A stretch of 41,104 bases of DNA, from positions 1 through 41,104 of the forward strand of contig JBDTSC010000002.1 of assembly GCA_039931375.1 (NCBI GenBank), in the 5' to 3' direction. The translations under genes were made by a program, and so were the position numbers. Numbering within the stretch: position 1 is the stretch's first letter; every line of letters begins with the position of its first letter. Below the pieces are notes generated by a model. The model did not search any database, was not told the origin of the DNA, and worked only from the letters and a program-made list of their open reading frames with translations. Source of the stretch: Ardenticatenales bacterium (lineage in GTDB: Bacteria > Chloroflexota > Anaerolineae > Epilineales > Epilineaceae). Below, one piece after another: positions 9,431 through 17,099 of this stretch.

Positions 9431-10917
9431 TGAACGAGGTTCCCGGGACGGTGGTCGAGGGCGCAGCGGAGCCTTCGCATTCCGGCGCGCCCTCGTTGTC
9501 ACCTCCGCACGGCGCTGACTCCGCCGCTCCCGGCCGCCCCGTCGTGCTCGTGGCGACGCCGTTCATCTGGGAGGCCGGTCCGCACAAGGGCAAGCCGACG
9601 GTCTATCACGCGCTGCACGGTTTCCAACGCGCCGGCTGGGACGTGCACGTCATATGCGCCACGAACCGTCGGGGCGTCGACCGCGAGGTCGTCGATGGCG
9701 TGGCCGTCCACTACTTTCGCATCCCGCTCGACGGCGTCGACTTCGTGTACGACGCCCAGCACTCGTATCTCAGCCTGGTCCGCGGCGCTTCGCACCCGCT
9801 GATCCGGCACTTTAAGTTTCGATTGTGGTGGCTCCAGTTCGTCGTGCTCGGCATCCGGCGGGCCGATCGCCTGGCCCGCACGCTGCGCCCGACGGCGGCG
9901 TACGGGGTGAACAATCCGGGCATCCCGATCGCCGCGTGGGTCGGCTGGCGACGCCGCATCCCGGTGTTCGGACGGATCATGGGCAGCGTCTTCGTCCAGC
10001 ACGTCCGCGGCATCCTGGCGACGGGCAGCGACACGCCCGGGATGACGACGCCGTCGCCGTCCTCTGGAACGCGACACCATGCGTCGACGCTTTGGCGGCG
10101 TCGCGTCCGATCGCTCCTGGCGTGGATGGCCCTCTGGCTGACCCGGTTCGACGAGCTCCTGGCGTTCCGCCTGCCGACGGGCGCGGTGATCGTCACGGAC
10201 GACGGGACGATCGACGCGGCCGAGATCACGGCCTGGCTCGGCGTGCCGCCGGAGCGCTTGTGGCTGTGGCGGAACGGCATCGACGCGGCGTGGCGGTCGG
10301 CGGCGCCGGACCGCGCGGCGGCGCGACGGGCGCTTGCCGTGCCCGATTCGGCGCCCGTGCTGGTCTGGGTGTCACAGCTCGTCGATCTCAAGCGGTGCGA
10401 GCGGTTCATCGACGCGCTGCCGGACGTGGCGAGCGCGGTGCCCGCCGTGGTCGCGCTTGTCGTGGGGGACGGACCGTCGCGGCCGGCGCTCGAACAGCGC
10501 GCCAGGGCGCTGGGGGTGGCGGATCGCGTCCGGTTCGCGGGCTTCGTGGACCGGGACGCGCTGCCGGCCTACCTGCATGCCGCGGACGCCTTCGTGGCCC
10601 TCTACGACTACTCGAACCTGTCGAACACGCTGCTCGAAGCGCTCGTGGTCGGGCTGCCGGTGATCACGCTGGCCAACGGCCGGACCGGCGACGTCGTCAC
10701 GGACGGCGTAAACGGCCTCTTGTTGCCGCCGGATCGCCCGGACTTGATCGCGCCCGCCCTCGTGCGCATCCTTTTGGACGATTCCCTTCGCGCGCACCTC
10801 GCCGACGGGGCGGCCGCGTACGCCGCCGCCGCGCTGATCGGTTGGGATGCGCGCATCGACCGCGAGGTGCGGGCCATCGAGGGGATCGTCGCGCACTGGA
10901 AGGACCGCCGTCGATGA
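9430..10917 (+). CDS. GT4-family glycosyltransferase
   Basis: ORF 9427..10917. The ATG at 9430 shares one nucleotide with the upstream TGA; the GTG at 9427 is an alternative. The C-terminal domain reads VVGDGPSRPALEQRARALGVADRVRFAGFV ... NTLLEALVVGLPVITLANGRTGDVVTDGVNGLL. Confidence 0.8.
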   Translation: MNEVPGTVVEGAAEPSHSGAPSLSPPHGADSAAPGRPVVLVATPFIWEAGPHKGKPTVYHALHGFQRAGWDVHVICATNRRGVDREVVDGVAVHYFRIPLDGVDFVYDAQHSYLSLVRGASHPLIRHFKFRLWWLQFVVLGIRRADRLARTLRPTAAYGVNNPGIPIAAWVGWRRRIPVFGRIMGSVFVQHVRGILATGSDTPGMTTPSPSSGTRHHASTLWRRRVRSLLAWMALWLTRFDELLAFRLPTGAVIVTDDGTIDAAEITAWLGVPPERLWLWRNGIDAAWRSAAPDRAAARRALAVPDSAPVLVWVSQLVDLKRCERFIDALPDVASAVPAVVALVVGDGPSRPALEQRARALGVADRVRFAGFVDRDALPAYLHAADAFVALYDYSNLSNTLLEALVVGLPVITLANGRTGDVVTDGVNGLLLPPDRPDLIAPALVRILLDDSLRAHLADGAAAYAAAALIGWDARIDREVRAIEGIVAHWKDRRR

Positions 10918-11336
10918 CCAGCCACGCCCCCATTCCCGTCGACTCCATCGTCGGCTCGATCCCCGACCTCATGGCCGGCGTCCGCGTCGCCGAGTCCGCC
11001 CGCGCCGCCGGCATCCCGATGCGGCTGGTCGAGCGGGACGATTGGGCCGCCGCCCTGGTCGGCCCGCCACGGCCGGCGGGCGCCGTCGTCGACCTGACGG
11101 CGGACGGGGCCGTCGCGCGGATCGCGGCGGCGGTAGCGGCGGGCGTGCCGGTGCTCGCGTACGGCCCGCACGTCGACCTTGCGGTGATGGATGCCGCCGC
11201 GGCGGCCGGCGCGGTGCGGGTGGTGCCGCGCGGCCAGATGATGCAACAGGCGGGCCGGCTGCTGGCCGCCCTCGTTTCCGGCGCCGCAGCCGCCGGGCCA
11301 CCGTCCGCGGAGGATCGCGATGACGCCGGAACGTGA
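10914..11336 (+). CDS. Hypothetical small alpha/beta protein (possible receiver-like fold without the acidic pocket)
   Basis: ATG at 10914 within ORF 9825..11336, overlapping the upstream stop (ATGA). The 140-aa sequence has an alternating beta/alpha pattern (IPDLMAGVRVAESARAAG ... AVVDLTADG ... VLAYGPHVD). The function call is weak. Confidence 0.4.
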   Translation: MTSHAPIPVDSIVGSIPDLMAGVRVAESARAAGIPMRLVERDDWAAALVGPPRPAGAVVDLTADGAVARIAAAVAAGVPVLAYGPHVDLAVMDAAAAAGAVRVVPRGQMMQQAGRLLAALVSGAAAAGPPSAEDRDDAGT

Positions 11337-11658
11337 TCGCCTGGTCTACAGCACGAGCGGCGGCAAGGCGCCCAAGCCCGCGCCGGCCCGTGGCCCGAGC
11401 ATCAGCCGGCCGGCCGCGCAACAGGTGGCGTCCATCCGGCGCGAGAAGAAGGGGCGGGGCGGCAAGACCGTCACCGTCATCTATGACCTCGTGCTGAAGC
11501 CGGACGACCTCAAGGCGCTCGGCAAGCAGCTCAAAACGATCTGCGGCACCGGCGGGACGGTCAAAGACGGGACGATCGAGATCCAGGGCGACCACCGCGA
11601 CGCGATCGCCGCCGAGCTCCAGCGCGTCGGCTACAAGACGAAGTTCACCGGCGGCTGA
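11320..11658 (+). CDS. yciH: Translation initiation factor SUI1/eIF1 family protein (YciH-like)
   Basis: A 112-aa ORF. The central block EKKGRGGKTVTVI and the segment LKALGKQLKTICGTGGTVKDGTIEIQGDHRD are typical of bacterial SUI1/YciH. GGAGGA lies 5 nt upstream of the ATG. Confidence 0.85.
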   Translation: MTPERDRLVYSTSGGKAPKPAPARGPSISRPAAQQVASIRREKKGRGGKTVTVIYDLVLKPDDLKALGKQLKTICGTGGTVKDGTIEIQGDHRDAIAAELQRVGYKTKFTGG

Positions 11659-11816
11659 GATCCATCCGGCAAGGCGCCACCGCTGTTCCGATCCCCTGGG
11701 AACGCCGAGCTCCAGCTTGGCCATGACGAACAAGGTCCAACCTGCAAGATTCGGTACGATCACGTCCGCGCTGCCGGCCCACGCTGCCGACCGACGCAGC
11801 CGACCCGTGCTGTCGA

Positions 11817-13637
11817 TCAGCCCAGGACCGCGAAGATCCACCGCAGCCCAAACGCTACGAAGCAGCCGACCGCGGCGTACACCGCCATCGCGCGCGCCGG
11901 CCTGTGCTCGCGGTGCTCGTCGCCCTGCCGCCCGACCGATCCGCCGACGGCGCCGTACACCGCCCAACCGACCGTCCACGCGACCGCCAGCGCGCCGACC
12001 AACGGCGGCGTGCTCGCGGCCGAGGCCGTTTCGGCGCCCAGACCCCGGCGCCCGAGCTCGATGACCGCGGCGGTCAGCGCCGCGCCCGCCCAGCCGAGCG
12101 TCCAACCGATGCCGTTCTCGGCCAACGCCTGGCCGACCGGCGTGGCGCCGCCGCCCGTCGCGTTCGAGGGTCGCGCGACGGCTCGCAGCATCACGCTCAC
12201 GGCCAGCGCCGCGCCGCCGGAAAGCCACCCGCTCGCAAAGGACCACACGGCGCTCCCGGCGGCGCCGTCGCCCGCGGCACCTACGTTGGCGACGAGGACG
12301 GCCACGGCCACCGCGGCCGCCGCCGATCCAATCGCCGTCGCGAGCGCCACGGCCACGGCATGCGCCGCGCGCCGAACGCGGGCGGCGACGCGAGCCCAGA
12401 CGGACGAACCGGTCGGGGCCGCCGGCGCGGTGAGCGCGCGCCGGAGCACACGGGCCACCGTGCCGGCCGCAGCGCGAGCGCGCAAGACCACGGTCGATGC
12501 TTCCCGCCGAGGCGCAACCATGGGCGGGCGCACGGTGGCGGCGATCATCGGCTGGGCGGCAGTGCGTGGCGCACGACCTGGCGCACCGGGGGCGCGGATG
12601 CGCTCGGCGGGCGCTCGGCGGCGGGCGGGCCAGCCGGCGCCGCGGCGGCGGGCGCCGCACGTCGGGCAGGCGTCCAGGTGATCGGCGAACACGTGGCCAT
12701 TGCCGCACGTCGTCAGGTGGGCTTCGGCGTCCTCCAGGCGTCGCGCCCAGGACTCGGCCGTCGGCCGCTGGCGCGGGTCGGTGTGGCCGCGCACGAAGGC
12801 GGCGGCGAAGGCATCGACCAGGGCCGGATGGAGCTGGCCGATGCGGGCGGACCGCGGCGGCGGCGCGACGGGCCCGGCCGGTCGATCGAGGTAGGGGAAC
12901 CATCCCCGACGGATCTTCTCCTCGAGCGGCGGCGCCTCGCCCGACCCGAGCCACGCGCTCCGGAAGGGGTGGCTGCCGGCCATCAGCAGCTGGAAGATCA
13001 GCACGGCGAGGCCGAAGGAATCGTGTTCCGGCAAACGGACCGCGTCGCGGAACGGCTGGCCCTGCAGTTCGGGCGGCGTGTACTCGGCCCGTCCGACCGG
13101 ACACGGGTAGAAGACGATCTCGGCCGGGCGCAAGCGTTGGATCTGGAACGAGTCGGCGTCGATCAGCGTCACGAGCGCGCGGGGCGTGACCAGGATGTTG
13201 CGCTCGTTCAGATCGCCCACGATGACCCGCGTCGCGTGCAGTGCGTGGAGGGCGGAGGCCAGGTTGCGGGCGCAACGATGGAGGTAGGCCAGGTCGAACG
13301 CCGGCAGCGTCGCCGCGCGCCGCCGCGGGTTCAGCACGTCCAGGATGGGCACGGCCTCGCGAACGTGGGGCATGAGAAAGCCGATGAGCCGCCGCCCGTC
13401 GTCGTACAGGAGCTCGCGAGGCCACGCGATCGCGCTGTGCCCGGGCACGCCGGCCGGGTCCGCCGGCGGGTGGTCGCGCATCGCGCGCAGCTTGTCCTCC
13501 ATCGCCGTCCGGTCCGCGCTGAAGATCTTGGCCAGCAGCCGGCCGTCGCCGACGACGGTCCGGATGACCGCCTCGCCGCCGCGCGCCACCTCGTCGCCGA
13601 GGCGGACCGCGGCGCCGTCCGCCGTGCGCGCGATCAC
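11817..13637 (-). CDS. Atypical Ser/Thr protein kinase (YegI-like, TerY-P triad kinase) with a Zn-ribbon and a C-terminal polytopic membrane region
   Basis: The GTG at 13637 overlaps the PP2C stop (GTGA). Degenerate Hanks-type motifs are present: ARGGEAVI (G-loop), LLAKIF (Lys), VIVGDLNERNILV (catalytic loop), LIDADSF (DFG-like) and YTPPE (APE-like). These are followed by CGNGHVF..CPTCG, an Arg/Pro linker and about 5 Gly/Ala-rich hydrophobic segments. Confidence 0.75.
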   Translation of the reverse strand: MIARTADGAAVRLGDEVARGGEAVIRTVVGDGRLLAKIFSADRTAMEDKLRAMRDHPPADPAGVPGHSAIAWPRELLYDDGRRLIGFLMPHVREAVPILDVLNPRRRAATLPAFDLAYLHRCARNLASALHALHATRVIVGDLNERNILVTPRALVTLIDADSFQIQRLRPAEIVFYPCPVGRAEYTPPELQGQPFRDAVRLPEHDSFGLAVLIFQLLMAGSHPFRSAWLGSGEAPPLEEKIRRGWFPYLDRPAGPVAPPPRSARIGQLHPALVDAFAAAFVRGHTDPRQRPTAESWARRLEDAEAHLTTCGNGHVFADHLDACPTCGARRRGAGWPARRRAPAERIRAPGAPGRAPRTAAQPMIAATVRPPMVAPRREASTVVLRARAAAGTVARVLRRALTAPAAPTGSSVWARVAARVRRAAHAVAVALATAIGSAAAAVAVAVLVANVGAAGDGAAGSAVWSFASGWLSGGAALAVSVMLRAVARPSNATGGGATPVGQALAENGIGWTLGWAGAALTAAVIELGRRGLGAETASAASTPPLVGALAVAWTVGWAVYGAVGGSVGRQGDEHREHRPARAMAVYAAVGCFVAFGLRWIFAVLG

Positions 13638-14533
13638 GGCGGATCGGCGGGCGCGGGCCGAGCGGCCAGCACCAGCGTCACGTCGTCGTCCGTGCGCGCC
13701 CGAACGCGCGGGGATTCGAGGAACGCGGTCAGCGCCCGATCGGCCCGGCCTCCCTGGTCTGCGTCTCCCGCCATGTACCCGTCGACCGCGACGGGCCGTG
13801 AAACGAACCGAAAGAGCGGTTCGAAGAACCCGACGTGCGGGGTTCGCTCGGCCATGTTCATCGCCAGCCTGAGCAGCCCGTCCGTCAGCAACGCGACGGC
13901 GGCGACCGGGCCGTCGAAGCGTTGCATCGTCTCGATCGCCGTTTCGACGGCGTTCGGCGAGGTCAGGAACACGGTCTCGTTCGCGTACGCGCCGCGCTCG
14001 GGCGCTGAAAGCGGCACCAGCGCGTGCGTCGCTGCACTGCTTGCTGCGTCGTCCTCGCCTTCGTCGTGTCCGCCCTCGTCGTGGCCACCCTCGTCGTGGC
14101 CACCCTCGTCGACGCCGACCACGACGAAGCCGTCGCCGATCTGCGCCGCGAGCGCGCCGTCCGGCCCGACCATGGCGCACGACAGCGTGCACGCCAGGTC
14201 GCGCGGGGCGAGGCCTTCCGCCTCGGCCAGGGCGTGCACCGCGGCGGCGGCGGCGCGCAGCGCGGCGGCAAGCGCGGTGGCGGCTCGGTCGCCCCTCGTC
14301 TCACCGTTGTCCATCGATGCGTCGAACAGGGTGCCCACGGCGGCCGCGACGGCGACGGACGCACCACGCGCGCTGTGCGGCGCGCTCCCCGCGCCGTCGG
14401 CGATGGCGGCGACGAGCACGCCGTCCGGGCGGATCCGGGCGGCGTGGGCATCCTGGCACACCGTTCCGGCGGCCGCGTGCGAAGAGCCGATGACGCTGGC
14501 GGCGGCCAGCCGCCAAGGGGCCGCCGTGGTCAA
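13634..14533 (-). CDS. PP2C-like Ser/Thr protein phosphatase (YegK/PphC-like)
   Basis: ORF 13634..14836 on the minus strand. The likely start is the TTG at 14533, overlapping the vWA stop (TTGA). Motifs WRLAAASVIGSSHAAAGTVCQDAH, VAAIADGAGSA and AAQIGDGFVVV match the bacterial PP2C_2 type. The start codon choice is uncertain. Confidence 0.7.
   Translation of the reverse strand: MTTAAPWRLAAASVIGSSHAAAGTVCQDAHAARIRPDGVLVAAIADGAGSAPHSARGASVAVAAAVGTLFDASMDNGETRGDRAATALAAALRAAAAAVHALAEAEGLAPRDLACTLSCAMVGPDGALAAQIGDGFVVVGVDEGGHDEGGHDEGGHDEGEDDAASSAATHALVPLSAPERGAYANETVFLTSPNAVETAIETMQRFDGPVAAVALLTDGLLRLAMNMAERTPHVGFFEPLFRFVSRPVAVDGYMAGDADQGGRADRALTAFLESPRVRARTDDDVTLVLAARPAPADPP
14059..14103 (-). 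repeat. In-frame 15-nt tandem repeat (3 copies) inside the PP2C gene, encoding (EGGHD)x3
   Basis: Plus-strand units are CTTCGTCGTGTCCGC, CCTCGTCGTGGCCAC and CCTCGTCGTGGCCAC. The protein reads VDEGGHDEGGHDEGGHDEGEDD. Confidence 0.85.
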
Positions 14534-15300
14534 TTGGACGTGTCGGCGACGGCCCAACCGACCGGCGGCAGCGGCGCCTGGTCGCCGGGGCGCGACTGCG
14601 AGACGGCGGACAGGCTCTTGGAGAGCCACGTGAACAGCTCGGCGAACGCGAGGCCGCCCAGCTTGAGTGGCGGGCGGTCGACGGCGCAGAAGCGCGCCAG
14701 GATGCGCATGTCGGCGCCCTCCACCCCGACGCCGTAGATCGAGACGCCGCGGCGCGCCTCCTCGGCCTGCGCCTCGGCGGCAGCGGTTTCCCAGCCGCGG
14801 TCCGTCGGCCGGCCGTCCGTCAGCAGGAGCAGCCACGGCCGGAAGTAGTCGATGCCGTTCGCGCGGTAGCGCTCCTTGCGGGCGCGCAACAACGCCAGCG
14901 CCCGCTCGACGGCCTCGCCCATCGGCGTATCGCCGTCCGCCGTGAGGGTCGGCGCCTCGAAGCGGTCGACGGTCGTGAAGACGTCCGCCGGGTCGGCGGG
15001 CGGGGACGCTCCGCCGGACGGATCCGTGACGCGCACGGCGCCGCCGAACGCGACGACGGCGATCTCGACGCGCAGGCTGGCCAGCGCGTCCGCTTTCAGC
15101 GCCGCGGCAAGGCGCTGGAGGCCGGCGTTCAGCTCGGCGATCGGGCGCCCGTGCATCGACCCCGAGGTGTCGAGGACGAGCGCGACGGCGCAGCGCGGTT
15201 CGGGGTTGTCAGCGAACTCGACGCCGGCGAGCGCGTCGCCGTGCAGCGGGTCCGCGGATCGTGGATCGATGGGCGATGCCATGGCGGAGGGGTCGGTCAT
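14530..15300 (-). CDS. von Willebrand factor A domain protein, TerY/YegL-like
   Basis: MIDAS motif LVLDTSGSM, the segment LLLLTDGRPTD, and the family-typical C-terminal tail FAELFTWLSKSLSAVSQS. AAGGA lies about 8 nt upstream of the ATG. Confidence 0.85.
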   Translation of the reverse strand: MTDPSAMASPIDPRSADPLHGDALAGVEFADNPEPRCAVALVLDTSGSMHGRPIAELNAGLQRLAAALKADALASLRVEIAVVAFGGAVRVTDPSGGASPPADPADVFTTVDRFEAPTLTADGDTPMGEAVERALALLRARKERYRANGIDYFRPWLLLLTDGRPTDRGWETAAAEAQAEEARRGVSIYGVGVEGADMRILARFCAVDRPPLKLGGLAFAELFTWLSKSLSAVSQSRPGDQAPLPPVGWAVADTSN

Positions 15301-15324
15301 CGGATCGTCCTTTCGGGGGCGGTG

Positions 15325-16128
15325 CTAGGGGCGGGGGAACGAGAGCGTGCGTACGACTACGCCGGACGGGGTCACGCGGACCACGGCGTAGCCGGGCGGC
15401 GCCGTGCGGTCCTCGCCGGCGACCTCATCCGTCGGCCCACCGGTCAGTTGAGCGAACGTGCTCGGCGCGGCGGAATAGAAGATCCCGTCCACCACGCTGT
15501 GCAACGCCTGATGGATGTGGCCAAGGAACACCCCGCGCACGCGGTGCGCCACCGCCGCGAGCCGCCGATGGAGCGTCTCGCCGTCCACCACCAACATCGT
15601 CCGATCGATCCACGGCGACCCGACGCGCAGCAACGGGAAGTGCGTGAAGACGGTCAGCGGCGGCCCGTCGGACGTGAGCTCGCGGTCGATAACCGCCCAC
15701 TGGGCCGGCGAAATCCGCCCGTGCGGGTCGATCTCGTCCGGACCGCGCGCGTCGATGGCCAGGAAGCGGTGGCCGCGCAGGTCGAAGGCGTACGACCAGG
15801 CCTGATCGTCGGGCAGCAGCGGCGTGTGCGGGCCGATGGGCATGCAGCGCCGCAGGTCGGCGGCGGTGTCGTGGTTGCCGACGGCGCAGTACAGCGGGAC
15901 GGTCAGGCGCGCGAAGACGGACTGGGCATGCGCGTAGCTCGCCGCGGCCGGCTCCGTGACGACATCGCCGGTATGCACGACGAAGTCCGGCGCGGGGTCG
16001 AGCGCGTTGATCAACTCGACCATCCGTTCGGCGCACGGCAGCGCCGCCAGCCCGTGGCGGGCAAAGTCGGCCGTCGGGCCGATGTGGCTGTCCGAGATGT
16101 GGATGAAGGTCACGTCGCCGATGTCCAT
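15325..16128 (-). CDS. Calcineurin-like metallophosphoesterase (CpdA/Icc-like class III phosphodiesterase family)
   Basis: All five signature blocks are visible: ISDSH, HTGD, GNHD, FTHFP and LGHIH. It ends 24 nt upstream of the vWA gene on the same strand. Confidence 0.85.
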   Translation of the reverse strand: MDIGDVTFIHISDSHIGPTADFARHGLAALPCAERMVELINALDPAPDFVVHTGDVVTEPAAASYAHAQSVFARLTVPLYCAVGNHDTAADLRRCMPIGPHTPLLPDDQAWSYAFDLRGHRFLAIDARGPDEIDPHGRISPAQWAVIDRELTSDGPPLTVFTHFPLLRVGSPWIDRTMLVVDGETLHRRLAAVAHRVRGVFLGHIHQALHSVVDGIFYSAAPSTFAQLTGGPTDEVAGEDRTAPPGYAVVRVTPSGVVVRTLSFPRP

Positions 16129-16240
16129 GGCCGTCCTCGTACGCTGCCGCGGCGGTTCGCGTGAGGATACCGCAGCGCGAACCAGCGGACCTAGCCGGGG
16201 CGGCCGCGAACAACGCGGCGAACCCTCAGCAGGCGGCGCC

Positions 16241-16891
16241 TCAACGCAGCCGCCACGCCAGCTTGAGTGTGGCGGGCCATTCGCGCAGCCGCCACCACGC
16301 CATCGACATCGCCGGATAGGACCGCCGGTCGGCCGCGACGCCGATGATCGTGGCGTCCCAGGGGCGGCACGCCATCAGCGCTCGTGGCATGTGATACGCC
16401 TGGGTGATCAGGACAACCCGCTCGTCGGGGTGTTCGTGCGTCCATCGGGCCAGCCACCCCGCACAGCTGTCGTATGTGCTCGTGCCCCGGCTATCCAGCA
16501 GGATGGCCGTCGCCGGAACGCCGAGCCGTTCGGCCAGGCGCGCCATCGTATCCGGCTCATCCCGCCCGTTCGCGCCGACCGCGCCGCTCATGACCACACG
16601 ATCCACCTTGCCGGCGTGGTAGAGCGCGGCGGCGGTCCGTACCCGATCGTACAGAATCGGCGTTGGCGAGCCGTCGGGCCAGATGCCGGCGCCGAACACG
16701 AACGCCATCGTCCGCTGCGGGACGGCTTGAAGCGTGAATGTCCGGGTGCGGGCGGCCATCGCGCTGTCGCGCATCGGCCAGCCGGCGCCGGCCGCGGCGA
16801 GGGCGGCCAGCGCGACGAGGGCGCCCCCGATGTACGGGGCGCCGCCGATGTACGGGGCGCGTGAAAGGCGTGGATCGTCCAGACGGTGCAT
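16241..16891 (-). CDS. sanA: SanA/YdcF (DUF218) family membrane-anchored protein
   Basis: An N-terminal TM segment (GALVALAALAAAGAGW) is followed by FVFGAGIWPDGSPTPILYDRV, DEPDTMARLAERLGVP, LLDSRGTSTYDS and VVLITQAYHMPRA. Confidence 0.8.
   Translation of the reverse strand: MHRLDDPRLSRAPYIGGAPYIGGALVALAALAAAGAGWPMRDSAMAARTRTFTLQAVPQRTMAFVFGAGIWPDGSPTPILYDRVRTAAALYHAGKVDRVVMSGAVGANGRDEPDTMARLAERLGVPATAILLDSRGTSTYDSCAGWLARWTHEHPDERVVLITQAYHMPRALMACRPWDATIIGVAADRRSYPAMSMAWWRLREWPATLKLAWRLR
16821..16856 (-). repeat. 18-nt tandem duplication in the sanA 5' region, encoding APYIGG twice
   Basis: GCGCCCCCGATGTACGGG is followed by GCGCCGCCGATGTACGGG (17 of 18 identical). Confidence 0.8.
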
Positions 16892-16996
16892 GAACGTAAG
16901 GGTACCCGCATCGAGCGATCGGCGGCCCCCTCTTGCCCGCCGCGCGGCCGCCGCGAAACCGTCGCACGGTCACCGAAACCGTTAACACCGTCGCAG

Positions 16997-17028
16997 CTGC
17001 CCTCGGCCCATCCTGCCCTCGGCCCATC
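16997..17028. repeat. Perfect 16-nt tandem duplication (CTGCCCTCGGCCCATC twice) in the comM-sanA intergenic region
   Basis: Read directly from the sequence. Nearby direct repeats of CGAAACCGT and ACCGTCGCA occur at about 16954-16994. Confidence 0.8.
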
Positions 17029-17099
17029 CCGGCCGACCCTAGCCCTCGCCGGGGGTCGCAGAACGTCACCAACCGTCGTACCACGATCATCCCCCCACT

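Noticed and set aside
11717-12064. A 115-aa plus-strand ORF beginning in the SUI1-kinase intergenic region.
   Set aside because: Most of it runs antisense to the kinase's C-terminal membrane region, and its product is an Arg/Pro-rich low-complexity sequence with no ribosome-binding site or motif.
11904-14633. A 909-aa plus-strand ORF, with similar long ORFs at 10969..13425 (-), 208..1737 (-), 27014..29203 (-), 37525..39660 (-), 26002..27435 (-), 35779..37029 (-), 8036..9502 (-) and 20481..22001 (-).
   Set aside because: Their translations are dominated by Arg, Pro, Gly, Ala and Asp low-complexity sequence with no recognisable motifs. Each lies antisense to, or out of frame with, a gene that has clear family signatures. 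Long spurious ORFs are expected in very GC-rich DNA because stop codons are rare.
16154-16183. A hairpin (8-bp stem GGTTCGCG/CGCGAACC with a 14-nt loop) between sanA and the metallophosphoesterase gene, considered as a terminator.
   Set aside because: The loop is large, no U-tract follows on the minus strand, and GC-rich DNA produces many such stems by chance. It is noted only as a possible boundary of the cassette transcript.
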